Source: Auanema rhodensis | Taxonomy: Eukaryota > Animalia > Nematoda | DNA: 64,000 nt | Direction of reading: 5' to 3' | Assembly: GCA_964057225.1 (NCBI GenBank) | Contig: OZ059900.1 | Coordinates: forward strand, 19,654,001 to 19,718,000 | Shown: piece by piece, positions 37,601-50,837 of the stretch | Position numbering within the stretch: the first letter of the stretch is position 1 | How the letters are laid out: every line of letters starts with the position of its first letter | Made by a program: the position numbers and the translations under genes | The notes under the pieces: generated by a model | The model's database searches: none | What the model was told of the DNA's origin: nothing | Seen by the model: the letters and a program-made list of their open reading frames with translations, nothing else

Positions 37601-39478
37601 CTGTAAACAAGGTTTTGACTTACGATTTCATGTGTTCAAACTCATGCAATGTCAATGAAACCTAGCTCAAAATTGTTCGTACAACGTCTAGTTCCACTTT
37701 CACGACAAAAAAACAGGGGTTAGAAAATTAAGGAAATTAGCATATTCTGAGGGCACGCCCCTTATGGCTAATATTGATTAAATCGATTTTTGTTCATATG
37801 AGTCGTCAAATGCAACGAATTTCAGCGTGTTACATACACAAATGAAGCATTTCACATGCTGAACACTAGAAAAATACAAAAACACAGTATTTCCCATGAG
37901 AAATATTTTATTATGCTGGAAAACCAGTTTTTGGAAATTTCGCTGTAAACAAGGTTTTGACTTACGATTTCATGTGTTCAAACTCATGCAATGTCAATGA
38001 AACCTAGCTCAAAATTGTTCGTACAACGTCTAGTTCCACTTTCACGACAAAAAAACAGGGGTTAGAAAATTAAGGAAATTAGCATATTCTGAGGGCACGC
38101 CCCTTATGGCTAATATTGATTAAATCGATTTTTGTTCATATGAGTCGTCAAATGCAACGAATTTCAGCGTGTTACATACTAAAATGAAGCATTTTACATG
38201 CTGAACACTAGAAAAATACAAAAACACAGTATTTCCCATGAGAAATATTTTATTATGCTGGAAAACCAGTTTTTGGAAATTTCGCTGTAAACAAGGTTTT
38301 GACTTACGATTTCATGTGTTCAAACTCATGCAATGTCAATGAAACCTAGCTCAAAATTGTTCGTACAACGTCTAGTTCCACTTTCACGACAAAAAAACAG
38401 GGGTTAGAAAATTAAGGAAATTAGCATATTCTGAGGGCACGCCCCTTATGGCTAATATTGATTAAATCGATTTTTGTTCATATGAGTCGTCAAATGCTAC
38501 GAATTTCAGCGTGTTACATACTAAAATGAAGCATTTTACATGCTGAACACTAGAAAAATACAAAAACACAGTATTTCCCATGAGAAATATTTTATTATGC
38601 TGGAAAACCAGTTTTTGGAAATTTCGCTGTAAACAAGGTTTTGACTTACGATTTCATGTGTTCAAACTTATGCAATGTCAATGAAACCTAGCAAAAAATT
38701 GTTCGTACAACGTCTAGTCCCACTTTCACGACAAAAAAACAGGGGTTAGAAAATTAAGGGAATTAGCATATTCTGAGGGCACGCCCCTTATGGCTAATAT
38801 TGATTAAATCGATTTTTGTTCATATGAGTCGTCAAATGCAACGAATTTCAGCGTGTTACATACTAAAATGAAGCATTTTACATGCTGAACACTAGAAAAA
38901 TACAAAAACACAGTATTTCCCATGAGAAATATTTTATTATGCTGGAAAACCAGTTTTTGGAAATTTCGCTGTAAACAAGGTTTTGACTTACGATTTCATG
39001 TGTTCAAACTTATGCAATGTCAATGAAACCTAGCAAAAAAATGTTCGTACAACGTCTAGTCCCACTTTCACGACAAAAAAACAGGGGTTAGAAAATTAAG
39101 GGAATTAGCATATTCTGAGGGCACGCCCCTTATGGCTAATATTGATTAAATCGATTTTTGTTCATATGAGTCGTCAAATGCAACGAATTTCAGCGTGTTA
39201 CATACTAAAATGAAGCATTTTACATGCTGAACACTAGAAAAATACAAAAACACAGTATTTCCCATGAGAAATATTTTAATATGTTGGAAAACCAGTTTTT
39301 GGAAATTTCGCTGTAAACAAGGTTTTGACTTACGATTTCATGTGTTCAAACTCATGCAATGTCAATGAAACCTAGCTCAAAATTGTTCGTACAACGTCTA
39401 GTTCCACTTTCACGACAAAAAAACAGGGGTTAGAAAATTAAGGAAATTAGCATATTCTGAGGGCACGCCTCTTATGGC
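34591..39478 (+). repeat. Satellite block 5, forward (inverted module copy 2, 4888 bp)
   Basis: Same start (position 143) and end (position 242) as block 3. It is longer by 1027 bp = 3 x 342 + 1. Confidence 0.96.
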
Positions 39479-39491
39479 GAAATTTCCAAAA
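39466..39491. other. Inversion junction J5, identical to J3
   Basis: gcctcttatg-GC-gaaatttcc, with the same linked C>T at 39470. Confidence 0.93.
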
Positions 39492-42400
39492 ACTGGTTTT
39501 CCAGCATAATAAAATATTTCTCATGGGAAATACTGTGTTTTTGTATTTTTCTAGTGTTCAGCATGTAAAATGCTTCATTTTAGTATGTAACACGCTGAAA
39601 TTCGTTGCATTTGACGACTCATATGAACAAAAATCGATTTAATCAATATTAGCCATAAGGGGCGTGCCCTCAGAATATGCTAATTCCCTTAATTTTCTAA
39701 CCCCTGTTTTTTTGTCGTGAAAGTGGGACTAGACGTTGTACGAACAATTTTTTGCTAGGTTTCATTGACATTGCATAAGTTTGAACACATGAAATCGTAA
39801 GTCAAAACCTTGTTTACAGCGAAATTTCCAAAAACTGGTTTTCCAGCATAATAAAATATTTCTCATGGGAAATACTGTGTTTTTGTATTTTTCTAGTGTT
39901 CAGCATGTAAAATGTTTCATTTTAGTATGTAACACGCTGAAATTCGTAGCATTTGACGACTCATATGAACAAAAATCGATTTAATCAATATTAGCCATAA
40001 GGGGCGTGCCCTCAGAATATGCTAATTTCCTTAATTTTCTAACCCCTGTTTTTTTGTCGTGAAAGTGGAACTAGACGTTGTACGAACAATTTTGAGCTAG
40101 GTTTCATTGACATTGCATGAGTTTGAACACATGAAATCGTAAGTCAAAACCTTGTTTACAGCGAAATTTCCAAAAACTGGTTTTCCAGCATAATAAAATA
40201 TTTCTCATGGGAAATACTGTGTTTTTGTATTTTTCTAGTGTTCAGCATGTAAAATGCTTCATTTTAGTATGTAACACGCTGAAATTCGTTGCATTTGACG
40301 ACTCATATGAACAAAAATCGATTTAATCAATATTAGCCATAAGGGGCGTGCCCTCAGAATATGCTAATTTCCTTAATTTTCTAACCCCTGTTTTTTTGTC
40401 GTGAAAGTGGAACTAGACGTTGTACGAACAATTTTGAGCTAGGTTTCATTGACATTGCATGAGTTTGAACACATGAAATCGTAAGTCAAAACCTTGTTTA
40501 CAGCGAAATTTCCAAAAACTGGTTTTCCAGCATAATAAAATATTTCTCATGGGAAATACTGTGTTTTTGTAATTTTCTAGTGTTCAGCATGTGAAATGCT
40601 TCATTTGCGTATGTAACACGCTGAAATTCGTTGCATTTGACGACTCATATGAACAAAAATCGATTTAATCAATATTAGCCATAAGGGGCGTGCCCTCAGA
40701 ATATGCTAATTTCCTTAATTTTCTAACCCCTGTTTTTTTGTCGTGAAAGTGGAACTAGACGTTGTACGAACAATTTTGAGCTAGGTTTCATTGACATTGC
40801 ATGAGTTTGAACACATGAAATCGTAAGTCAAAACCTTGTTTACAGCGAAATTTCCAAAAACTGGTTTTCCAGCATAATAAAATATTTCTCATGGGAAATA
40901 CTGTGTTTTTGTATTTTTCTAGTGTTCAGCATGTGAAATGCTTCATTTGCGTATGTAACACGCTGAAATTCGTTGCATTTGACGACTCATATGAACAAAA
41001 ATCGATTTAATCAATATTAGCCATAAGGGGCGTGCCCTCAGAATATGCTAATTTCCTTAATTTTCTAACCCCTGTTTTTTTGTCGTGAAAGTGGAACTAG
41101 ACGTTGTACGAACAATTTTGAGCTAGGTTTCATTGACATTGCATGAGTTTGAACACATGAAATCGTAAGTCAAAACCTTGTTTACAGCGAAATTTCCAAA
41201 AACTGGTTTTCCAGCATAATAAAATATTTCTCATGGGAAATACTGTGTTTTTGTATTTTTCTAGTGTTCAGCATGTAAAATGCTTCATTTTAGTATGTAA
41301 CACGCTGAAATTCGTTGCATTTGACGACTCATATGAACAAAAATCGATTTAATCAATATTAGCCATAAGGGGCGTGCCCTCAGAATATGCTAATTTCCTT
41401 AATTTTCTAACCCCTGTTTTTTTGTCGTGAAAGTGGGACTAGACGTTGTACGAACAATTTTGAGCTAGGTTTCATTGACATTGCATGAGTTTGAACACAT
41501 GAAATCGTAAGTCAAAACCTTGTTTACAGCGAAATTTCCAAAAACTGGTTTTCCAGCATAATAAAATATTTCTCATGGAAAATACTGTGTTTTTGTATTT
41601 TTCTAGTGTTCAGCATGTAAAATGCTTCATTTTAGTATGTAACACGCTGAAATTCGTTGCATTTGACGACTCATATGAACAAAAATCGATTTAATCAATA
41701 TTAGCCATAAGGGGCGTGCCCTCAGAATATGCTAATTCCCTTAATTTTCTAACCCCTGTTTTTTTGTCGTGAAAGTGGAACTAGACGTTGTACGAACAAT
41801 TTTGAGCTAGGTTTCATTGACATTGCATGAGTTTGAACACATGAAATCGTAAGTCAAAACCTTGTTTACAGCGAAATTTCCAAAAACTGGTTTTCCAGCA
41901 TAATAAAATATTTCTCATGGGAAATACTGTGTTTTTGTATTTTTCTAGTGTTCAGCATGTAAAATGCTTCATTTTAGTATGTAACACGCTGAAATTCGTT
42001 GCATTTGACGACTCATATGAACAAAAATCGATTTAATCAATATTAGCCATAAGGGGCGTGCCCTCAGAATATGCTAATTCCCTTAATTTTCTAACCCCTG
42101 TTTTTTTGTCGTGAAAGTGGAACTAGACGTTGTACGAACAATTTTGAGCTAGGTTTCATTGACATTGCATGAGTTTGAACACATGAAATCGTAAGTCAAA
42201 ACCTTGTTTACAGCGAAATTTCCAAAAACTGGTTTTCCAGCATAATAAAATATTTCTCATGGGAAATACTGTGTTTTTGTATTTTTCTAGTGTTCAGCAT
42301 GTAAAATGCTTCATTTTAGTATGTAACACGCTGAAATTCGTTGCATTTGACGACTCATATGAACAAAAATCGATTTAATCAATATTAGCTATAAGGGGCG

Positions 42401-42629
42401 TGCCCTCAGAATATGCTAATTTCCTTAATTTTCTAACTCCTGTTTTTTTGTCGTGAAAGTGGGACTAGACGTTGTACGAACAATTTTGAGCTAGGTTTCA
42501 TTGACATTGCATGAGTTTGAACACATGAAATCGTAAGTCAAAACCTTGTTTACAGCGAAATTTCCAAAAACTGGTTTTCCAGCATAATAAAATATTTCTC
42601 ATGGGAAATACTGTGTTTTTGTATTTTTC

Positions 42630-45600
42630 TAGTGTTCAGCATGTAAAATGCTTCATTTTAGTATGTAACACGCTGAAATTCGTTGCATTTGACGACTCAT
42701 ATGAACAAAAATCGATTTAATCAATATTAGCCATAAGGGGCGTACCCTCAGAATATGCTAATTCCCTTAATTTTCTAACTCCTGTTTTTTTGTCGTGAAA
42801 GTGGAACTAGACGTTGTACGAACAATTTTGAGCTAGGTTTCATTGACATTGCATGAGTTTGAACACATGAAATCGTAAGTCAAAACCTTGTTTACAGCGA
42901 AATTTCCAAAAACTGGTTTTCCAGCATAATAAAATATTTCTCATGGGAAATACTGTGTTTTTGTATTTTTCTAGTGTTCAGCATGTGAAATGCTTCATTT
43001 TAGTATGTAACACGCTGAAATTCGTTGCATTTGACGACTCATATGAACAAAAATCGATTTAATCAATATTAGCCATAAGGGGCGTGCCCTCAGAATATGC
43101 TAATTTCCTTAATTTTCTAACCCCTGTTTTTTTGTCGTGAAAGTGGAACTAGACGTTGTACGAACAATTTTGAGCTAGGTTTCATTGACATTGCATGAGT
43201 TTGAACACATGAAATCGTAAGTCAAAACCTTGTTTACAGCGAAATTTCCAAAAACTGGTTTTCCAGCATAATAAAATATTTCTCATGGAAAATACTGTGT
43301 TTTTGTATTTTTCTAGTGTTCAGCATGTAAAATGCTTCATTTTAGTATGTAACACGCTGAAATTCGTTGCATTTGACGACTCATATGAACAAAAATCGAT
43401 TTAATCAATATTAGCCATAAGGGGCGTGCCCTCAGAATATGCTAATTCCCTTAATTTTCTAACCCCTGTTTTTTTGTCGTGAAAGTGGAACTAGACGTTG
43501 TACAGACAATTTTGAGCTAGGTTTCATTGACATTGCATGAGTTTGAACACATGAAATCGTAAGTCAAAACCTTGTTTACAGCGAAATTTCCAAAAACTGG
43601 TTTTCCAGCATAATAAAATATTTCTCATGGGAAATACTGTGTTTTTGTATTTTTCTAGTGTTAAGCATGTGAAATGCTTCATTTTAGTATGTAACACGCT
43701 GAAATTCGTTGCATTTGACGACTCATATGAACAAAAATCGATTTAATCAATATTAGCCATAAGGGGCGTGCCCTCAGAATATGCTAATTCCCTTAATTTT
43801 CTAACTCCTGTTTTTTTGTCGTGAAAGTGGAACTAGACGTTGTACGAACAATTTTGAGCTAGGTTTCATTGACATTGCATGAGTTTGAACACATGAAATC
43901 GTAAGTCAAAACCTTGTTTACAGCGAAATTTCCAAAAACTGGTTTTCCAGCATAATAAAATATTTCTCATGGGAAATACTGTGTTTTTGTATTTTTCTAG
44001 TGTTCAGCATGTAAAATGCTTCATTTTAGTATGTAACACGCTGAAATTCGTTGCATTTGACGACTCATATGAACAAAAATCGATTTAATCAATATTAGCC
44101 ATAAGGGGCGTGCCCTCAGAATATGCTAATTTCCTTAATTTTCTAACCCCTGTTTTTTCGTCGTGAAAGTGGAACTAGACGTTGTACGAACAATTTTGAG
44201 CTAGGTTTCATTGACATTGCATGAGTTTGAACACATGAAATCGTAAGTCAAAACCTTGTTTACAGCGAAATTTCCAAAAACTGGTTTTCCAGCATAATAA
44301 AATATTTCTCATGGAAAATACTGTGTTTTTGTATTTTTCTAGTGTTCAGCATGTAAAATGCTTCATTTTAGTATGTAACACGCTGAAATTCGTTGCATTT
44401 GACGACTCATATGAACAAAAATCGATTTAATCAATATTAGCCATAAGGGGCGTGCCCTCAGAATATGCTAATTTCCTTAATTTTCTAACCCCTGTTTTTT
44501 TGTCGTGAAAGTGGGACTAGACGTTGTACGAACAATTTTGAGCTAGGTTTCATTGACATTGCATGAGTTTGAACACATGAAATCGTAAGTCAAAACCTTG
44601 TTTACAGCGAAATTTCCAAAAACTGGTTTTCCAGCATAATAAAATATTTCTCATGGGAAATACTGTGTTTTTGTATTTTTCTAGTGTTCAGCATGTAAAA
44701 TGCTTCATTTTAGTATGTAACACGCTGAAATTCGTTGCATTTGACGACTCATATGAACAAAAATCGATTTAATCAATATTAGCCATAAGGGGCGTACCCT
44801 CAGAATATGCTAATTCCCTTAATTTTCTAACTCCTGTTTTTTTGTCGTGAAAGTGGAACTAGACGTTGTACGAACAATTTTGAGCTAGGTTTCATTGACA
44901 TTGCATGAGTTTGAACACATGAAATCGTAAGTCAAAACCTTGTTTACAGCGAAATTTCCAAAAACTGGTTTTCCAGCATAATAAAATATTTCTCATGGGA
45001 AATACTGTGTTTTTGTATTTTTCTAGTGTTCAGCATGTGAAATGCTTCATTTTAGTATGTAACACGCTGAAATTCGTTGCATTTGACGACTCATATGAAC
45101 AAAAATCGATTTAATCAATATTAGCCATAAGGGGCGTGCCCTCAGAATATGCTAATTTCCTTAATTTTCTAACCCCTGTTTTTTTGTCGTGAAAGTGGAA
45201 CTAGACGTTGTACGAACAATTTTGAGCTAGGTTTCATTGACATTGCATGAGTTTGAACACATGAAATCGTAAGTCAAAACCTTGTTTACAGCGAAATTTC
45301 CAAAAACTGGTTTTCCAGCATAATAAAATATTTCTCATGGAAAATACTGTGTTTTTGTATTTTTCTAGTGTTCAGCATGTAAAATGCTTCATTTTAGTAT
45401 GTAACACGCTGAAATTCGTTGCATTTGACGACTCATATGAACAAAAATCGATTTAATCAATATTAGCCATAAGGGGCGTGCCCTCAGAATATGCTAATTC
45501 CCTTAATTTTCTAACCCCTGTTTTTTTGTCGTGAAAGTGGAACTAGACGTTGTACAGACAATTTTGAGCTAGGTTTCATTGACATTGCATGAGTTTGAAC

Positions 45601-46733
45601 ACATGAAATCGTAAGTCAAAACCTTGTTTACAGCGAAATTTCCAAAAACTGGTTTTCCAGCATAATAAAATATTTCTCATGGGAAATACTGTGTTTTTGT
45701 ATTTTTCTAGTGTTAAGCATGTGAAATGCTTCATTTTAGTATGTAACACGCTGAAATTCGTTGCATTTGACGACTCATATGAACAAAAATCGATTTAATC
45801 AATATTAGCCATAAGGGGCGTGCCCTCAGAATATGCTAATTCCCTTAATTTTCTAACTCCTGTTTTTTTGTCGTGAAAGTGGAACTAGACGTTGTACGAA
45901 CAATTTTGAGCTAGGTTTCATTGACATTGCATGAGTTTGAACACATGAAATCGTAAGTCAAAACCTTGTTTACAGCGAAATTTCCAAAAACTGGTTTTCC
46001 AGCATAATAAAATATTTCTCATGGGAAATACTGTGTTTTTGTATTTTTCTAGTGTTCAGCATGTAAAATGCTTCATTTTAGTATGTAACACGCTGAAATT
46101 CGTTGCATTTGACGACTCATATGAACAAAAATCGATTTAATCAATATTAGCCATAAGGGGCGTGCCCTCAGAATATGCTAATTTCCTTAATTTTCTAACC
46201 CCTGTTTTTTCGTCGTGAAAGTGGAACTAGACGTTGTACGAACAATTTTGAGCTAGGTTTCATTGACATTGCATGAGTTTGAACACATGAAATCGTAAGT
46301 CAAAACCTTGTTTACAGCGAAATTTCCAAAAACTGGTTTTCCAGCATAATAAAATATTTCTCATGGAAAATACTGTGTTTTTGTATTTTTCTAGTGTTCA
46401 GCATGTAAAATGCTTCATTTTAGTATGTAACACGCTGAAATTCGTTGCATTTGACGACTCATATGAACAAAAATCGATTTAATCAATATTAGCCATAAGG
46501 GGCGTGCCCTCAGAATATGCTAATTTCCTTAATTTTCTAACCCCTGTTTTTTTGTCGTGAAAGTGGGACTAGACGTTGTACGAACAATTTTGAGCTAGGT
46601 TTCATTGACATTGCATGAGTTTGAACACATGAAATCGTAAGTCAAAACCTTGTTTACAGCGAAATTTCCAAAAACTGGTTTTCCAGCATAATAAAATATT
46701 TCTCATGGGAAATACTGTGTTTTTGTATTTTTC
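42630..46733 (-). repeat. 6-monomer (2052-bp) higher-order repeat, two copies
   Basis: Rare variants tacagac (43501/45553), gttaagc and ttttttcgtc recur at exactly 2052 bp. Confidence 0.9.
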
Positions 46734-49700
46734 TAGTGTTCAGCATGTAAAATGCTTCATTTTAGTATGTAACACGCTGAAATTCGTTGCATTTGACGAC
46801 TCATATGAACAAAAATCGATTTAATCAATATTAGCCATAAGGGGCGTGCCCTCAGAATATGCTAATTCCCTTAATTTTCTAACCCCTGTTTTTTTGTCGT
46901 GAAAGTGGAACTAGACGTTGTACAAACAATTTTGAGCTAGGTTTCATTGACATTGCATGAGTTTGAACACATGAAATCGTAAGTCAAAACCTTGTTTACA
47001 GCGAAATTTCCAAAAACTGGTTTTCCAGCATAATAAAATATTTCTCATGGGAAATACTGTGTTTTTGTATTTTTCTAGTGTTCAGCATGTAAAATGCTTC
47101 ATTTCAGTATGTAACACGCTGAAATTCGTTGCATTTGACGACTCATATGAACAAAAATCGATTTAATCAATATTAGCCATAAGGGGCGTGCCCTCAGAAT
47201 ATGCTAATTTCCTTAATTTTCTAACCCCTGTTTTTTTGTCGTGAAAGTGGAACTAGACGTTGTACGAACAATTTTGAGCTAGGTTTCATTGACATTGCAT
47301 GAGTTTGAACACATGAAATCGTAAGTCAAAACCTTGTTTACAGCGAAATTTCCAAAAACTGGTTTTCCAGCATAATAAAATATTTCTCATGGGAAATACT
47401 GTGTTTTTCTATTTTTCTAGTGTTCAGCATGTAAAATGCTTCATTTTAGTATGTAACACGCTGAAATTCGTTGCATTTGACGACTCATATGAACAAAAAT
47501 CGATTTAATCAATATTAGCCATAAGGGGCGTGCCCTCAGAATATGCTAATTTCCTTAATTTTCTAACTCCTGTTTTTTTGTCGTGAAAGTGGGACTAGAC
47601 GTTGTACGAACAATTTTGAGCTAGGTTTCATTGACATTGCATGAGTTTGAACACATGAAATCGTAAGTCAAAACCTTGTTTACAGCGAAATTTCCAAAAA
47701 CTGGTTTTCCAGCATAATAAAATATTTCTCATGGGAAATACTGTGTTTTTGTATTTTTCTAGTGTTCAGCATGTAAAATGCTTCATTTTAGTATGTAACA
47801 CGCTGAAATTCGTTGCATTTGACGACTCATATGAACAAAAATCGATTTAATCAATATTAGCCATAAGGGGCGTGCCCTCAGAATATGCTAATTCTCTTAA
47901 TTTTCTAACCCCTGTTTTTTTGTCGTGAAAGTGGAACTAGACGTTGTACAAACAATTTTGAGCTAGGTTTCATTGACATTGCATGAGTTTGAACACATGA
48001 AATCGTAAGTCAAAACCTTGTTTACAGCGAAATTTCCAAAAACTGGTTTTCCAGCATAATAAAATATTTCTCATGGGAAATACTGTGTTTTTGTATTTTT
48101 CTAGTGTTCAGCATGTAAAATGCTTCATTTTAGTATGTAACACGCTGAAATTCGTTGCATTTGACGACTCATATGAACAAAAATCGATTTAATCAATATT
48201 AGCCATAAGGGGCGTGCCCTCAGAATATGCTAATTCCCTTAATTTTCTAACCCCTGTTTTTTTGTCGTGAAAGTGGAACTAGACGTTGTACAAACAATTT
48301 TGAGCTAGGTTTCATTGACATTGCATGAGTTTGAACACATGAAATCGTAAGTCAAAACCTTGTTTACAGCGAAATTTCCAAAAACTGGTTTTCCAGCATA
48401 ATAAAATATTTCTCATGGGAAATACTGTGTTTTTGTATTTTTCTAGTGTTCAGCATGTAAAATGCTTCATTTTAGTATGTAACACGCTGAAATTCGTTGC
48501 ATTTGACGACTCATATGAACAAAAATCGATTTAATCAATATTAGCCATAAGGGGCGTGCCCTCAGAATATGCTAATTTCCTTAATTTTCTAACCCCTGTT
48601 TTTTTGTCGTGAAAGTGGGACTAGACGTTGTACGAACAATTTTGAGCTAGGTTTCATTGACATTGCATGAGTTTGAACACATGAAATCGTAAGTCAAAAC
48701 CTTGTTTACAGCGAAATTTCCAAAAACTGGTTTTCCAGCATAATAAAATATTTCTCATGGGAAATACTGTGTTTTTGTATTTTTCTAGTGTTCAGCATGT
48801 AAAATGCTTCATTTTAGTATGTAACACGCTGAAATTCGTTGCATTTGACGACTCATATGAACAAAAATCGATTTAATCAATATTAGCCATAAGGGGCGTG
48901 CCCTCAGAATATGCTAATTCCCTTAATTTTCTAACCCCTGTTTTTTTGTCGTGAAAGTGGGACTAGACGTTGTACGAACAATTTTGAGCTAGGTTTCATT
49001 GACATTGCATGAGTTTGAACACATGAAATCGTAAGTCAAAACCTTGTTTACAGCGAAATTTCCAAAAACTGGTTTTCCAGCATAATAAAATATTTCTCAT
49101 GGGAAATACTGTGTTTTTGTATTTTTCTAGTGTTCAGCATGTAAAATGCTTCATTTTAGTATGTAACACGCTGAAATTCGTTGCATTTGACGACTCATAT
49201 GAACAAAAATCGATTTAATCAATATTAGCCATAAGGGGCGTGCCCTCAGAATATGCTAATTTCCTTAATTTTCTAACCCCTGTTTTTTTGTCGTGAAAGT
49301 GGAACTAGACGTTGTACGAACAATTTTGAGCTAGGTTTCATTGACATTGCATGAGTTTGAACACATGAAATCGTAAGTCAAAACCTTGTTTACAGCGAAA
49401 TTTCCAAAAACTGGTTTTCCAGCATAATAAAATATTTCTCATGGGAAATACTGTGTTTTTGTATTTTTCTAGTGTTCAGCATGTAAAATGCTTCATTTTA
49501 GTATGTAACACGCTGAAATTCGTTGCATTTGACGACTCATATGAACAAAAATCGATTTAATCAATATTAGCCATAAGGGGCGTGCCCTCAGAATATGCTA
49601 ATTCCCTTAATTTTCTAACCCCTGTTTTTTTGTCGTGAAAGTGGAACTAGACGTTGTACAAACAATTTTGAGCTAGGTTTCATTGACATTGCATGAGTTT

Positions 49701-50837
49701 GAACACATGAAATCGTAAGTCAAAACCTTGTTTACAGCGAAATTTCCAAAAACTGGTTTTCCAGAATAATAAAATATTTCTCATGGGAAATACTGTGTTT
49801 TTGTATTTTTCTAGTGTTCAGCATGTAAAATGCTTCATTTTAGTATGTAACACGCTGAAATTCGTTGCATTTGACGACTCATATGAACAAAAATCGATTT
49901 AATCAATATTAGCCATAAGGGGCGTGCCCTCAGAATATGCTAATTTCCTTAATTTTCTAACCCCTGTTTTTTTGTCGTGAAAGTGGGACTAGACGTTGTA
50001 CGAACAATTTTGAGCTAGGTTTCATTGACATTGCATGAGTTTGAACACATGAAATCGTAAGTCAAAACCTTGTTTACAGCGAAATTTCCAAAAACTGGTT
50101 TTCCAGCATAATAAAATATTTCTCATGGGAAATACTGTGTTTTTGTATTTTTCTAGTGTTCAGCATGTAAAATGCTTCATTTTAGTATGTAACACGCTGA
50201 AATTCGTTGCATTTGACGACTCATATGAACAAAAATCGATTTAATCAATATTAGCCATAAGGGGCGTGCCCTCAGAATATGCTAATTCCCTTAATTTTCT
50301 AACCCCTGTTTTTTTGTCGTGAAAGTGAAACTAGACGTTGTACAAACAATTTTGAGCTAGGTTTCATTGACATTGCATGAGTTTGAACACATGAAATCGT
50401 AAGTCAAAACCTTGTTTACAGCGAAATTTTCAAAAACTGGTTTTCCAGCATAATAAAATATTTCTCATGGGAAATACTGTGTTTTTGTATTTTTCTAGTG
50501 TTTAGCATGTAAAATGCTTCATTTTAGTATGTAACACGCTGAAATTCGTTGCATTTGACGACTCATATGAACAAAAATCGATTTAATCAATATTAGCCAT
50601 AAGGGGCGTGCCCTCAGAATATGCTAATTTCCTTAATTTTCTAACCCCTGTTTTTTTGTCGTGAAAGTGGAACTAGACGTTGTACGAACAATTTTGAGCT
50701 AGGTTTCATTGACATTGCATGAGTTTGAACACATGAAATCGTAAGTCAAGACCTTGTTTACAGCGAAATTTCCAAAAACTGGTTTTCCAGCATAATAAAA
50801 TATTTCTCATGGGAAATACTGTGTTTTTGTATTTTTC

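Noticed and set aside
29637-39478. Transposon, MITE or site-specific invertible element bounded by the junctions
   Set aside because: There is no foreign sequence, terminal inverted repeat, target-site duplication or recombinase site. The junction ends are non-reciprocal and the block duplicates flanking DNA.
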